A stretch of 64,000 nucleotides of DNA from an uncultured Actinomycetes bacterium (GCA_963845355.1 CAWJRV010000005.1:80495-144494); one strand, 5' to 3'. Numbered from the stretch's first letter, positions 42,705-53,647 are shown. The notes: generated by a model from the sequence alone, not told the origin. Numbers and translations: made by a program.

Positions 42705-43397
42705 ATGGTGATCGGTGTGGCCCATATCGTCGTGCTCGTGACCCTGCACGGGCCTCTGCGCGAGGTCGCCGACGAGGTCGGCCGGCACGGCTACCTGATC
42801 CTGTTCGCACTGATCGCGGCGGAGAGCTTCGGCCTGCCTCTTCCCGGCGAGGTGAGCCTCCTGGTGGGCGCCTACGAGGTCCAGCGCGGCGTCTTCGGCC
42901 TTCCCTGGGTGATCGTGATCGGCGTGGCCGCGGCGGTGAGCGGCGATAACCTCGCCTTTCTCTTCGGTCGCCTGGCCGGACGCCCTGTGGTCGTACGCCT
43001 GATGCATCTGTTCCGCGTGCCGCCGGCCTACCTCGAGCGTATGGACTCCTACTACCTGCGCCATGCCGGCTGGACCATCGTGATCGCCCGCCAGATCTCG
43101 CCGGCGCGCGGGCTGGCGGCCCTTTCGGCGGGCGGTACGCGGGTGCCCTGGCGGCGCTTTGCGGCCTTCAACGCTGTCGCCTGCGTGTTCTGGGCGACCG
43201 TCGTGACCCTGCTGGCCACGCTGTTCGTGACGCACCTCGACGCGCTGGCCGACGACCTCAGCGTGGCCGGTCTCATCGCTCTGGGCGTCGTTTTCGTTGC
43301 CGGTCTCCTGCTTCTGTGGCGTCGGGTGCGCCGCCGGGTCGTCAGAGGCGCCGGCGCCGACCCGCCCCGGGGCGACGAGCCCCACGACAGCGGCTAG
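42705..43397 (+). CDS. DedA-family membrane protein
   Basis: HGYLILFALIAAESFGLPLPGEVSLLVGAY plus the SNARE-assoc/DedA core. Confidence 0.8.
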   Translation: MVIGVAHIVVLVTLHGPLREVADEVGRHGYLILFALIAAESFGLPLPGEVSLLVGAYEVQRGVFGLPWVIVIGVAAAVSGDNLAFLFGRLAGRPVVVRLMHLFRVPPAYLERMDSYYLRHAGWTIVIARQISPARGLAALSAGGTRVPWRRFAAFNAVACVFWATVVTLLATLFVTHLDALADDLSVAGLIALGVVFVAGLLLLWRRVRRRVVRGAGADPPRGDEPHDSG

Positions 43398-43444
43398 GAT
43401 GAAGGTCGCCGGGTAGTGTGATGCGCGGAAAGGCTGAGGCGACG

Positions 43445-44260
43445 ATGGCGACCCTCCGACCACGGGCGATCGATGGACTTCTCCTCGACATGGACGGTGT
43501 GCTGACCGTCTCATGGAAGCCGCTTCCCGGGGCTGTGGAGGCCTTCGCCCGGCTGCGCGCCGGCGGCCTGCCGATCCGTCTGCTCACCAACACCACGGGG
43601 CGCAGCCGGGCGGCCATCGCCGCCGGTCTGCGTGCGGCCGGGTTCGAGGTCGCCGACGACGACGTGCTGACCGCCGCCGTGGCCGCCGCCGAACACTTGC
43701 GCGAGGTTCATCCGCAGGGTCGCGTGGTCCTGCTGGGCGACGCCCAGAAGGCCGATCTCGAGGGCGTCCGGCTCGTGGGCTGGGACGACGACCCCGACGT
43801 CGTCCTTCTGTCGGGCGCCGACGCGTCGTATGAGTTCGAGAGCCTGAACCGGGTCTATCGCGCCCTGCTCGGCGGCGCCGCGTTCGTGACCATGCATCGC
43901 ACCATGTCGTGGCTGACATCCGACGGCGTCTGCCTGGACACCGGCGCCTACGTGGCCGGGCTGGAGCAGGCCGTGGGTCGTTCCGCCGAGATCATGGGCA
44001 AGCCTTCGCCTTCGTTTTTTGCCGCCGGGCTGCGGGCCCTCGGGCTGTCGGCCGAACGCGTTGCCATGGTGGGCGACGATATCGACGGCGACGTGATCGC
44101 CGCCCAGGCCGTCGGCATCGCCGGTGTGCTGGTGCGTACGGGCAAGTTTCGGCAGGAGACGCTCGCCCGGGCGGCCACGGCCCCCGACCAGGTGGTCGAT
44201 TCGATCGTCGACGTCCCCGGTCTGCTGGGTCTCCAGGGGGCCGCGCTCAGCCGGCCTTGA
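43445..44260 (+). CDS. HAD-superfamily hydrolase, subfamily IIA
   Basis: Motif I LLLDMDGVL. Motif II LTNTTG. C-terminal GDDIDGDV pattern. Confidence 0.8.
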   Translation: MATLRPRAIDGLLLDMDGVLTVSWKPLPGAVEAFARLRAGGLPIRLLTNTTGRSRAAIAAGLRAAGFEVADDDVLTAAVAAAEHLREVHPQGRVVLLGDAQKADLEGVRLVGWDDDPDVVLLSGADASYEFESLNRVYRALLGGAAFVTMHRTMSWLTSDGVCLDTGAYVAGLEQAVGRSAEIMGKPSPSFFAAGLRALGLSAERVAMVGDDIDGDVIAAQAVGIAGVLVRTGKFRQETLARAATAPDQVVDSIVDVPGLLGLQGAALSRP

Positions 44261-44493
44261 GGAGCCTCTCGTAGTTCTCGGGGGCGTAGCCGGGCACGAC
44301 GTGACGGCCGATCTTCACGAAGGGAAAGCCGTGGGCGCCGTGCTCGCGCAACTCGGCGGAGATCTTGGCCTGCAACTCGGGGCCCGCCATGTCGTACTCG
44401 ATCACGAACGGGTTGATGCCGCGCTCCCGAAAGAACGCCTTGGCCTTGGCGCACCACCCGCAGGTGGTGAGCGAGTAGATCGTGACGATCGGT
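44247..44493 (-). CDS. Glutaredoxin-like protein (NrdH/GrxC-type)
   Basis: VTIYSLTTCGWCAKAKAFFRERGINPFVIEYD…HGFPFVKIGRHVVPGY. CGWC active site. ~82 aa. Confidence 0.7.
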
Positions 44494-44681
44494 GTATCGG
44501 CCGTGGCTTTCCGTCTCCTCTGCGTCTCTTCACAACGTGCCGCGGCGTCACCACTTTCGCTTGCCGCGGCGTCACGACAGGTATACCCAGCCAAACGCCG
44601 AACTTCCGTGTGATCTTCGTGGCGGACCACCTTCGAAGGGGGTAAGGTCCGATACGAGGAGCACTTGAGTCCGGGGGGACC

Positions 44682-45969
44682 ATGCCGACCAAAGAACGAT
44701 TCAGCGTGACTGCCGAGATCATCTCGGACATCACGTCGAGCCTCGTACTCGACGACGTGCTGCAGAGCGTCGCCCGGCGCACCGCCGAGGTGCTCGACCT
44801 CTGGGAGTGCGACATCTACGACTACCGCGCCTCCGAGAACCGCACCGTCGGGCTCGCCCTCTGGGCGCGAGAGCCGCACTACGCCGACGGCGACTGGGTG
44901 GGCTCGAGCGCGAGTCTCAGCGAACAGCCTTCGTTCGTGCGCGTGCTCCACGGGGGCCGCATGATCGAGAACCGCGTCGACGATCCGCGGCTGCCCGCAG
45001 CCGATCGCCAGCGCATGGAGTTCTGGAACGAGAAGAGCTGCCTGCTCGTCCCGCTGGTCTTCAAGGACGAGATCATCGGCTGCCTCGAGCTGGTCGAGAA
45101 ACGCTCCGTGCGTCGCTTCACCGGTGAAGAGCGCGAGCTGGCGACGACTCTGGCGGCTCTCGCCGCGGTGGCCATCGAGAACGCCCGGCTCTACGGCGAC
45201 GTGGAGCACCTCGCCATCACCGACGGCCTCACGGGCCTCTACAACCACCGCTACTTCTACGATCGCCTCGCCCAGGAGGTGGCCCGGGCGCACCGTTACG
45301 AGATCCCGCTCTCGCTGCTCATGATCGACATCGACGATTTCAAGGCCTACAACGACAAGTACGGCCACCGGGCCGGCGACACCCTGCTGCGCGAGCTCGG
45401 CGGCCTGCTCACCTCGCAGACGAGACAGCAGATTGACCTGGTCGCGCGCTATGGCGGCGAGGAGTTCGTCGTCGTCTTGCCGAGCACCGGTGCGACGGGG
45501 GGCCGCGCGGGCCGGCGAACGGCTGCGCGACGCAGTCACCGAGACCGGTCTCGAACGAGCACACGCGGCCGAGGCCGACGAGCGGCCCGCCGGTGGATCT
45601 GTGCCCGCCGGTGAGTCCGAGCCTGACGGTGGATTTGCGCCTGCCGATGAGTCCGCGCCCGACGGCGGGTGTGCGCCCGAGAGTGAGCTCGAGCTCGATG
45701 GCGGCAGCAACGCCGCCCACATCGTCGGCGAACGCATTCGCAGCAGCATCGAGGCCGAGACCTTCGGCACCGCTCACGCGCTGCCGGTCATCACGGTGAG
45801 CGTCGGGGTCGCCAGCCTGCCCGATCACGCGACGACCGTCGACGGTCTCGTCGACGAGGCCGACAGTGCTCTCTATCGGGCGAAGGGCCTGGGCAAGAAC
45901 CGCGTCGAGGCAGGGCGCGACGCCGCGGCCGCCAGGGACCTCGCGGCCGCGGCGCTGCAGACGAGCTGA
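44682..45969 (+). pseudogene. GAF-GGDEF diguanylate cyclase with an acidic repeat insertion and one frameshift inside the GGDEF domain
   Basis: GAF N terminus. DGLTGLYNHRYF…RYGGEEFVVVLPSTGA, then the frame changes near 45490 to …RAGERLRDAV…[PAGESEPDGGFAPADESAPDGGCAPESELELDGG]…VITVSVGVAS…ALYRAKGLGKNRV. Confidence 0.6.
45604..45708. repeat. Three imperfect 36-bp in-frame repeats encoding P(A/E)xESxPDGGxA units inside the GGDEF domain
   Basis: cccgccggtgagtccgagcctgacggtggatttgcg / cctgccgatgagtccgcgcccgacggcgggtgtgcg / cccgagagtgagctcgagctcgatggcggc. Confidence 0.6.
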
Positions 45970-46106
45970 GCGCGCTGCAGACTAACTGAGCGTCGCACGG
46001 CGCCGCACGACCGGCCTTGCGGTCGCCCCGAAACTTAAGCCTGGCGAGCCGTCTGTCGACCTAACTGGTGGCGGGCGAAGGTGCCGCTTCTACTCGGCGA
46101 CGATCG

Positions 46107-47228
46107 ATGACAAGGCAGGCCATGAGACGCTGGATAGCGCCTATCCTTGTGAGCTGCGCGGCGGCGGCGGTGGCCGCGCGGGCCCTGACGCCGACCCTGG
46201 TGCCCGGACACGCCGGCACCCTCGTCGTGTCCGGCCTTCTCTTCTGCGCCGTCGCGACCGTCTGGGGCGTCGCCGTGCATGGCCATGCTCGGAGAGGCGC
46301 TGGGGCGGCTCGCCAGCGGGCCGGCGCCGAGCCGCGCTACCGCGCCCTCTTTGAGGCCTGCGGCGACGTCATCTGCGTCTACGAGCTGCCAGGTGACGGT
46401 CGCCCGGGACTACTCGTCGAGGCCAACGAGACGGCCTGCATGGCGCTCGGCTACGCGCGCCCGGCGCTGCTCGCCATGACCTCCGACGCGCTCTATGCGC
46501 CCGAGGTACGGCGCGCCGTGCAGGAGCGCATGCGCGCCCTGCGAGACGCCGACAGCCTCGCCTTCGCGAGCACGTACGTGACGAGCGACGGTCACCGCCT
46601 GCCGGTCGAGCTGTCGCTGCGCCGCGCCGCGGTCAACGGGCGCCCCCTGTGTCTCGCCGTTGCGCGCGACGTCTCGGCCCGCCTCGAGACCACTGAGCTG
46701 TCGCGCGGTCGATCGCACACCGACGAGCTCACCGGTCTGCTGAGCCCGCGCGGCTTCTTTGCCACGGTCGGCGAGGCTCGTCAGCGCGCCCGCCGGCTGG
46801 GCGCCCCGCTGTTGCTGCTGCACGCCGAGCTCGACGGGCTCAAGGAGGTCAACGATCGGCTCGGCCACGGCGCCGGCGACGCGCTCGTCCTGGCCGCCAC
46901 GGACGTGTTGCGCCTGACGATCCGTGACTCGGACGTGCTGGCTCGCCTCGCAAGCGACGAGTTCGTCGCTCTGGCGGTGCTCGGGCACAGCAATCGCGAG
47001 CGTGTCGACTGGCGCCTGATCATGGCGCGCTTCGACGAGGCCGTGGCCGCCAAGCAGACCGAGCTTGCCGGCGAACTCGTTTTCTCGCTGCGGTACGCCA
47101 GCCTGGTGGTCGAGTGGGAGGAGCTCGACCACATCGATCAGCTCCTGGCGGCGACGCGCGGCCGCGCCGCGCCGAGCGGCGCCTGGAACACGAGCGAGCT
47201 CTCCGAGAGGGCGACGGCGAGGGTCTGA
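46107..47228 (+). CDS. PAS-GGDEF protein with a degenerate active-site motif (SDEF in place of GG[DE]EF)
   Basis: TMs. A PAS-like region. DELTGLLSPRGF…GHGAGDALV…RLASDEFVALAV. The two signature Gly residues are replaced by A-S. Confidence 0.7.
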   Translation: MTRQAMRRWIAPILVSCAAAAVAARALTPTLVPGHAGTLVVSGLLFCAVATVWGVAVHGHARRGAGAARQRAGAEPRYRALFEACGDVICVYELPGDGRPGLLVEANETACMALGYARPALLAMTSDALYAPEVRRAVQERMRALRDADSLAFASTYVTSDGHRLPVELSLRRAAVNGRPLCLAVARDVSARLETTELSRGRSHTDELTGLLSPRGFFATVGEARQRARRLGAPLLLLHAELDGLKEVNDRLGHGAGDALVLAATDVLRLTIRDSDVLARLASDEFVALAVLGHSNRERVDWRLIMARFDEAVAAKQTELAGELVFSLRYASLVVEWEELDHIDQLLAATRGRAAPSGAWNTSELSERATARV

Positions 47229-47287
47229 GACACCGCCGCGTTCTCAAGAGGTTCGCCCCGCGGCCGCTGCGCCGGCGCGAATACTGC

Positions 47288-47779
47288 CTAGACCAGCAAC
47301 TCGCAGATCACCACGTCGAGGGGGCGTCCGAACTTGTGTCCGACCTCGCGCAGAACGCCGACGCGAGCGAAGCCCAGCCGGTCGGCGAGCGCGAGCCCGG
47401 CGTCGTTCTCGGCGCAGATCTGGGCGACCACGGCGTGCAGGCCAAGGCCCGGCGCCGCCTCGAGAGCCGCGCCGGCCAGCGACAGCCCGAGGCCGGCGCG
47501 CCGCGCCTCGGGGGCGATGTAGATCGAGATCTCGACAGTCTGGTCGTAGCCGCCGCGGGCAGACCAGGCGGCGAGCGACGACCAGCCGACGACGAGGCCG
47601 CCGGTCTCGCCGACCAGGCACAGGCGGGTCGTCTCGGCCGCGAGGAAGCGACGTCGTGCGGCGGCCGTCTCGGGCTCGAGGTCGAAGGTGGCAGTCGAGG
47701 TCAGTACCGCCTGGTTGTAGATGGTCGCGATGGCGTCGGCATCGGCGCTCACGGCGCGGCGGATGCTGTCGTCGTTCAA
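47288..47779 (-). CDS. GNAT N-acetyltransferase (phosphinothricin acetyltransferase-like)
   Basis: IRRAVSADADAIATIYNQAV…VEISIYIAPEARRAGLGLSL…. Confidence 0.85.
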   Translation of the reverse strand: MNDDSIRRAVSADADAIATIYNQAVLTSTATFDLEPETAAARRRFLAAETTRLCLVGETGGLVVGWSSLAAWSARGGYDQTVEISIYIAPEARRAGLGLSLAGAALEAAPGLGLHAVVAQICAENDAGLALADRLGFARVGVLREVGHKFGRPLDVVICELLV

Positions 47780-48045
47780 GCGTGCCTCACCTGCCCGTCT
47801 AACCCGCCTGTCTCAGGTGTCTGCCTCACCTGCCCGCTCGGCGCGCACTACTCTAGCAGCGCCTCGACGGCGACCGTGCCTCGACGGCGACCGTGCCCCA
47901 ACGGCGACAACGCCCTGGCGGCGTCCGCGTCTGGCGCCGGTAGTAGACTGACCGGCAGGCGCTGGGGGAACCATCGTTCGACGACCGCGACAAGCGAGGT
48001 GGGCGATCTTCGAAGCGACCGATCGGCGGACTGTGCGAGGCGGCG

Positions 48046-48921
48046 GTGCCTGAGCTGCGGCCGGCAGGTCCCACGCGCGTGACGTTCGTCGGTCAGAGCA
48101 CGGCCCTGATCGAGATGGACGGCGTGCGCATCCTGACCGATCCCGTGCTGAAACGCTGGACGGGACCGCTGCGACGATACGGCGACCTGCCCGCGCCGGC
48201 GGTCAGACGCCACATCGACGTCGTGCTGATCTCCCACCTGCACCTCGACCACCTCGACACGCCGTCGCTCAAGCTCCTGCCCAAATCGGCCATCCTGATC
48301 GGCCCGCCGCACGTCAGCCGCACCGTCAACCGGGTCGGCTTCAAGACGATCGTCGAGACACGCCGCGACACCGCCCTGCATTTCGGCGACGTCGAGGTGC
48401 TGGCGGTGCACGCCAGCCACACGCGGCGGCGCTGGGTCGTCTCGCCGCCGACCGAGCCGCTGGGCTTCATCGTGCACGGATCGTCGACCATCTACTTCGC
48501 CGGCGACACCGGACTGTTCGACGGCATGGAGGACCTTCACGACCGCATCGACATAGCCCTGCTGCCGATCGAGACCTGGGGCGTGCGCCCGCCCGAGGGG
48601 CGGCACCTGAGCCCGCGCAGCGCGGCCCATGCTCTGAGCCTGCTGCGGCCGCGGATCGCGGTGCCGATCCATTGGGGCACGCTCTACGTGCCGGGCTCGG
48701 CGTACGCCGGCAGGCAGGCGACCTACGCCTGGTTTCAGCGCACGCGCAAGCGTCCCGAGGAGTTCGTCCGGCTCGCCGCCGAAAGCGCCCCCGATGTCGA
48801 GGTGCGGCTCCTCGAGCCGGGCCAGTCGCTGCTCGTCGAGCCGGCGCCCGACGCCAGGCCGGCGCCCGAGGTCGAACCGGCTCCCGGCGCCAGTCCCGCG
48901 CCCGACGCCGAGCCGCAGTGA
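48046..48921 (+). CDS. MBL-fold metallo-hydrolase
   Basis: VVLISHLHLDHLD motif (HxHxDH). Pro/Ala-rich C-terminal tail. Confidence 0.8.
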   Translation: MPELRPAGPTRVTFVGQSTALIEMDGVRILTDPVLKRWTGPLRRYGDLPAPAVRRHIDVVLISHLHLDHLDTPSLKLLPKSAILIGPPHVSRTVNRVGFKTIVETRRDTALHFGDVEVLAVHASHTRRRWVVSPPTEPLGFIVHGSSTIYFAGDTGLFDGMEDLHDRIDIALLPIETWGVRPPEGRHLSPRSAAHALSLLRPRIAVPIHWGTLYVPGSAYAGRQATYAWFQRTRKRPEEFVRLAAESAPDVEVRLLEPGQSLLVEPAPDARPAPEVEPAPGASPAPDAEPQ

Positions 48922-48990
48922 CTGCGAGCCCCGCGACGGGGCCCGCCAGCGCGAGCCCCACGACGCGGCCCAGGGGCGCGCGCGCCTCCG

Positions 48991-49859
48991 TGATCGCCTA
49001 CTCGCGCCATGTGACGGCCGACGAACTGCCCAGGATCGCGGCCTCGCTCACGTACTTCCTGACGCTGTCGGTCGCGCCGGCGCTGATCGTCGTGATCGCG
49101 CTGCTGGGTCTGGTCGGCCTCTCACCTCACAGTCTCGCGCGGCTGCTCGAGTCGGCTTCGAACATCGGTCCGCAGTGGTTCGTGCAGTTCGTCGATGCCG
49201 CGCTGCAGAGCGTCCTTCGCACCGGCGACAACGTCGCCCTGCTGCTGGTCGGCATCGTCCTTGCGCTGTGGACGGTCTCAGGCTATGTCGCGGCGTTCCT
49301 GTGGGCGGCGGGCAACGTCACCGGCGTGCGCGACACGCGTGGCTTTTTCGCCCGGCTGCCGCAACGGCTGGGCCTGTCGCTGGTGCTGCTTCTGGTGATC
49401 GACGTCGCGATCGCGGCGGTCGTGCTCGTCGGTCCTGTCGCCGCCTGGCTGGGGGGGCTGCTCGGCCTGGGGGACGCGGTCGTCCACACCTGGTCTGTGC
49501 TGCGCCTCCCCTTCCTGCTCGCGATCGGCGTGCTGTGGTGTGCCATCCTCTTCTACGCCGCGCCGGCGCGGCGCCGGCCTGGGCTTCTGAACACGCTCGC
49601 CGGCGCCGCCGTCGGCGTGGCGGTCATGATCGCCGCGTCGGCTGGCTTCAGCATCTATCTCTCGCACTTCGCGTCCTATCAGCGCGTGTACGGCCTGCTG
49701 GGCGCCGCCATCGCTTCGCTCGTCTGGGCCTGGCTGCTCAACATCGGGCTGCTCATGGGCTTCGAGGTGACCGCTGCGCTCGAGGGCCGTCGCAACCGCA
49801 CGAGCGCCGCGCCGCCTGCCGCCACGCGGCCCGACGGTGGCGGCGCCCGCGGGCTCTGA
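48991..49859 (+). CDS. YihY/BrkB-family membrane protein
   Basis: LTYFLTLSVAPALIVVIALLG… with six TM helices typical of YihY. Start chosen at the in-frame GTG. Confidence 0.7.
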
Positions 49860-49918
49860 CATAGGCTGGCGACACGAGCGGGGAGAACCCCGCCGGCCGA
49901 GCGTGAAAGGGCAGGGAT

Positions 49919-50605
49919 ATGGGCGAAGGCAACGCGAACGCCGAGTTGGCCAAGCATCTCACGGAGCACCAACCGGGCCACGACGAGGGGCACGTGCGCC
50001 TCGAGATCCTCGAGATCCTCGAGGCGGTGCTGCTGGCGATCGTGGCCCTCTCTACGGCGCTCAGCGGCTATCAGGCGGCCAGGTGGGACGGCGTCAGCGC
50101 CAGGGACTACGCCACGTCGTCGCGCCTGCGCGTGCAGTCCGAGCAGACGTATCTGGCGAGCAACCAGACGATCATCTACAACTCGGGCACCCTCACCGCG
50201 TGGCTGCAGGCCGACACCTCGGGCAACAAGAAGCTCGCAGCGATCCTGGCCCGGCGCTTCACGCCCAACTACGAGGCCGCCTTCAAGGCTTGGCTCAAGA
50301 CAGACCCGCTGAACAACTCGGCCGCGCCGCCGGGGCCGCGCTACATGCCGCAGTACAAAGATCCGCTCGCCGCGCAGGCCGCGGCGCTGAGCAAGCAGGG
50401 GAGCGCGCATTACAACGCCGGCATCGCCGATCGCGACACCGCCGACAAGTACGTGCGCCTCACGGTGATCCTGGCCGCCGTGCTCTTCCTTGTGGCCGTC
50501 GGTCAGCGTTTCAAGATCCGCCGGGTGCGCCTGGCCGTGCTCGGCATGGCCGGCGTGTTTCTGGCCTATTCGGTGGTCCTGATCGCCATGTATCCCAGGG
50601 CGTGA
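49919..50605 (+). CDS. DUF4337-like membrane protein
   Basis: His-rich N terminus (HLTEHQPGHDEGH), two TM helices. Family assignment from memory. Confidence 0.45.
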   Translation: MGEGNANAELAKHLTEHQPGHDEGHVRLEILEILEAVLLAIVALSTALSGYQAARWDGVSARDYATSSRLRVQSEQTYLASNQTIIYNSGTLTAWLQADTSGNKKLAAILARRFTPNYEAAFKAWLKTDPLNNSAAPPGPRYMPQYKDPLAAQAAALSKQGSAHYNAGIADRDTADKYVRLTVILAAVLFLVAVGQRFKIRRVRLAVLGMAGVFLAYSVVLIAMYPRA

Positions 50606-50682
50606 GATGACGGCGCACGGCTCGTTGCGAAGTGCGCCGCTCCGGGAACAAGCGATCGGCAGGGCTCTCTAGGAGGAGACCG

Positions 50683-51267
50683 ATGGCAGAGGGAGACGGC
50701 AGGCGGGGCGCCGGCGGCCGGCCGCGGATCGGCGTGATCAGCGACACCCACGGCTACCTCGACCCGCGGGTGCCGACGCTGTTCAGGGGCGTGACCCATA
50801 TCATCCACGCCGGCGACGTCGTCGACGCGGCGATCCTCAACACGCTCGAGGCCATAGCGCCGCTGACTGCCGTGTCGGGCAACGTCGACGGCGACGAGCT
50901 TGCGGCGTCCCTGCCGAGCGAGGCGACGGGCGAGATCGCCGGCGTGCACTTCGTGGTGGGCCACAAGCGCAAGCGCCTCATGAAACGCCTCGCGGCCGGA
51001 CGCTATGCGGTCGGTCCCGACGGAGCGCCGCCCGACCTGGTCGTGTTCGGCCACGATCATGTGCCGGCGGCCGCCTGGATCGACGGCACGCTGTTCCTCA
51101 ATCCAGGCACCGCGAGCTCCCCCGATGAGGAAGACGACGGTCCCACCGTGGCCGTAGTCGAGATCGTGCCGGCCGGTCTCGCGGTACGTTTCATCCCGCT
51201 CGAACGCTCGTCACAGGCTCATCGCCACCGCCGCGCGCGGCCGTCCGCCGAGGAGCGTAAGGGGTAG
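50683..51267 (+). CDS. Metallophosphoesterase (YfcE-like)
   Basis: IGVISDTHG…IIHAGDVV…GNVDG…VFGHDHVP motifs. Confidence 0.8.
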   Translation: MAEGDGRRGAGGRPRIGVISDTHGYLDPRVPTLFRGVTHIIHAGDVVDAAILNTLEAIAPLTAVSGNVDGDELAASLPSEATGEIAGVHFVVGHKRKRLMKRLAAGRYAVGPDGAPPDLVVFGHDHVPAAAWIDGTLFLNPGTASSPDEEDDGPTVAVVEIVPAGLAVRFIPLERSSQAHRHRRARPSAEERKG

Positions 51268-51299
51268 GGGACGCGGCCGGCGCGAGCCGGGTCCCGTCT

Positions 51300-51616
51300 T
51301 CAGGCCGCCTCGCGCGACACCGAACAGTACGAACACGGACAGCCGGCGGCGTGACGCCAGCCATACTCGATGCCGACCGAGAGGCGTGAGTGCTCGTGCT
51401 CGTCGAGGGCGCGTGACGGCGTGCCGACGTCGATCGGTGTCGGCGCCTCCGGCCGGCGGACGTCGAAGAGCCGTCCGTCGACGAACAGCAGGTGGTCGCC
51501 GAACTGTCGGTAGACGGCCGGTCGCCCGGCCGCGAGCACCTCTTCGAAGGTCAATCGCCTGCGCCCCGCGGTAGCCATGACGGCCAGCGTGCGCGGGACC
51601 TGGTGGTCGTCAGTCA
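51300..51616 (-). CDS. Hypothetical small protein ending CPCSYC
   Basis: GGGAGG RBS 6 nt upstream of the GTG. 105 aa. No recognised domain. Confidence 0.35.
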
Positions 51617-51860
51617 CGGCAGCCTCCCTGCGACTCGCTGTCTGGTGCCACGGGGCGGGTCGACGACAGGAGGTCACCAAAGGACGACCCGCCCCATGGC
51701 GTACATGCCCAATGGTGGCCGGACCGTATCGCCGTTCAGGCGGTCCTATGCGATCTGTTCCGGGTTCGAGCCGGCTGCTCTCAGGGTTCTCACAGGTTGG
51801 TGCCAGCAGAAGCTCAGATACGGCGTCATAGACTCTACGGCACCTTCCGTGAGGAGCCAC

Positions 51861-52621
51861 ATGAGCCGACCAGAGCCGATGGCCGAAGGCGACGCCACAC
51901 CCGCCGCGCCCCACCTCACCCCTCCCCGACCTCATCCTGGACGCCCGCGGCATCGAGCGCACCTACGGCCAGGGCGAGATCGCCGTGCCGGTGCTGAAGG
52001 GCTTGGACCTGCAGGTAGCCCGCGGCGAGTGGGTGGCCTGCACCGGCCGCTCCGGCTCGGGCAAGAGCACCCTGCTGCACGTCCTGGGCCTCTTAGACAG
52101 CGCCGACTCAGGCTCCTACCTGCTGGCCGGCCACGACGTCTAGTGCCCTGGATGACTCAGAGCGCGCCCGTCTGCGCAACGAGCTGCTGGGCTTCGTCTT
52201 TCAGCTCCACAACCTGCTGGCCCGCACCTCGGCCTTGGAGAACGTGGCCACCCCCCTGATCTATCGCGGCCTGCGGCGCGCCGAGCGCCTGCGGCGTGCC
52301 CGGGCGGCCCTGGAGGCAGTCGATCTGTCAGACCGCGCCCAGCACGACCCCAGCCAGCTCTCCGGCGGCCAGATGCAGCGCGTGGCCATCGCTCGGGCGC
52401 TGGTCGGCGACCCCGAGCTTCTGTTGGTCGACGAACCCACCGGCAGCTTGGACCTGAAAGCCACAAACGAGGTCCTGGAGCTGCTCGACCGGCTGCACGG
52501 CGAGGGCCGCACCATCGTCATGATCACCCACGAACAGGACGTCGCAGCACATGCCGACAGACGGCTGGTGCTGAGCGGCGGCAGGCTGCACGACGAACAC
52601 GCGACGGAAGGATGGCAATGA
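51861..52621 (+). pseudogene. MacB/LolD-type ABC transporter ATP-binding protein interrupted by a 1-bp insertion (in-frame TAG at 52140) and a second shift near 51925
   Basis: Walker A GRSGSGKSTLLHVLG. …LAGHDV then TAG, with the continuation SALDDSERARLRNELLGFVFQ… in the +1 frame. Signature LSGGQMQRVAIARAL. Walker B LLLVDEPTGSLD. Confidence 0.75.
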
Positions 52622-53586
52622 TGCTTCTCAGTTTGCGACCGTCAAGCCGGCGGCGCGCCGCCGGTCTCGGCGCCTGTCTCGCCCTTGCTCTCGGGGCGGC
52701 CGCGCTCGTGGCGGGCTGCGGGAGCTCGAGCAAGACCGCCGCGGCGACCACCGGGCGCACCGTGCAGGTCCTGGCGACGGTGCAACGCGGCGATCTCGCC
52801 GAAAGCGTGATGGGCCGAGTGACGCTGAGCTCCATGAAGAGCAAGGTCAACGTCAGGGGCACCGTCCAGGTGTTCGGACAGGACGCCTCGCAGGTCGCGG
52901 CCGGTCAGCAGGTCACCGTGTCGTTCATCCAGTTGCCGGCCGGCGCCCGTCAGTACTTCGGTCAGGGCTCTCCACGGCCCAGCGCCGCGCCCTCCGCCGG
53001 CGGCGGCCAGGGCTACTCCGGCGGCAGCGGCGGCCAGGGCTACTTCGGCGGCGGCGGCCAGGGCTACTTCGGTTCCGGCGGCGGCACGGGTGGCACGGGC
53101 GGCGGCTTCTTTGGCCAGGGCGGCGGTCAGGGCGCGTTTCGCGGCAAGACCGCGCAGGGGACCGTGACCGCGGTACAGACGGGCAGCTCATCCACCACGG
53201 CCACGGCTACGATCACGATAGCCAAGCTGCCGGCTGGCGTCACCGCCAAGTACACAGGCATCGCCCAGATCCAGGTCAAGCTCCTGGCCAGCAACGTGCT
53301 CATCGTCCCCACGGCGGCTATCAAGGGCAGCGGTGCCAACGCCACCGTCCAGCTGCTCGTCAACGGCAAGACCTCCACGCAGAGCGTCGTCGTCGGTCAG
53401 CAGACGCAGACCGAGTCCGAGATCACCTCGGGCCTGAGCGCCGGCCAGAACGTCGTCTACACGCGCACCTTCACGGGCCGCTTTCCGGGCTCGCGCGCGA
53501 ATGGCCAGCCGGGCGGGCAGGGGTACCCGTCGTTTGGCGGACAGTCGAACGGCACTACGTCCGGCGGCACCACGAGCGGCACATGA
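52618..53586 (+). CDS. Lipoprotein, HlyD/MacA-like periplasmic adaptor fragment with Gly-rich insert
   Basis: Lipobox LVAGCGS. Beta-barrel adaptor C terminus. GGGQGY(F/S)GG repeats. Confidence 0.6.
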   Translation: MMLLSLRPSSRRRAAGLGACLALALGAAALVAGCGSSSKTAAATTGRTVQVLATVQRGDLAESVMGRVTLSSMKSKVNVRGTVQVFGQDASQVAAGQQVTVSFIQLPAGARQYFGQGSPRPSAAPSAGGGQGYSGGSGGQGYFGGGGQGYFGSGGGTGGTGGGFFGQGGGQGAFRGKTAQGTVTAVQTGSSSTTATATITIAKLPAGVTAKYTGIAQIQVKLLASNVLIVPTAAIKGSGANATVQLLVNGKTSTQSVVVGQQTQTESEITSGLSAGQNVVYTRTFTGRFPGSRANGQPGGQGYPSFGGQSNGTTSGGTTSGT

Positions 53587-53647
53587 TCGGTGTCGAAAGA
53601 CAACATCGGGCGCGGTCGCCTGAGCGACACGAAGGAGTCGAAGACCA

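Noticed and set aside
44247-45770. 507-aa minus-strand ORF
   Set aside because: Only the last ~82 codons (44247..44493) form a glutaredoxin. The rest is antisense to the GAF-GGDEF gene.
52990-53130. Gly-rich GGQGY repeat region as a possible CRISPR-like or non-coding repeat
   Set aside because: The repeats are in-frame, imperfect and lie within a continuous ORF with adaptor-protein flanks. It is low-complexity coding sequence.
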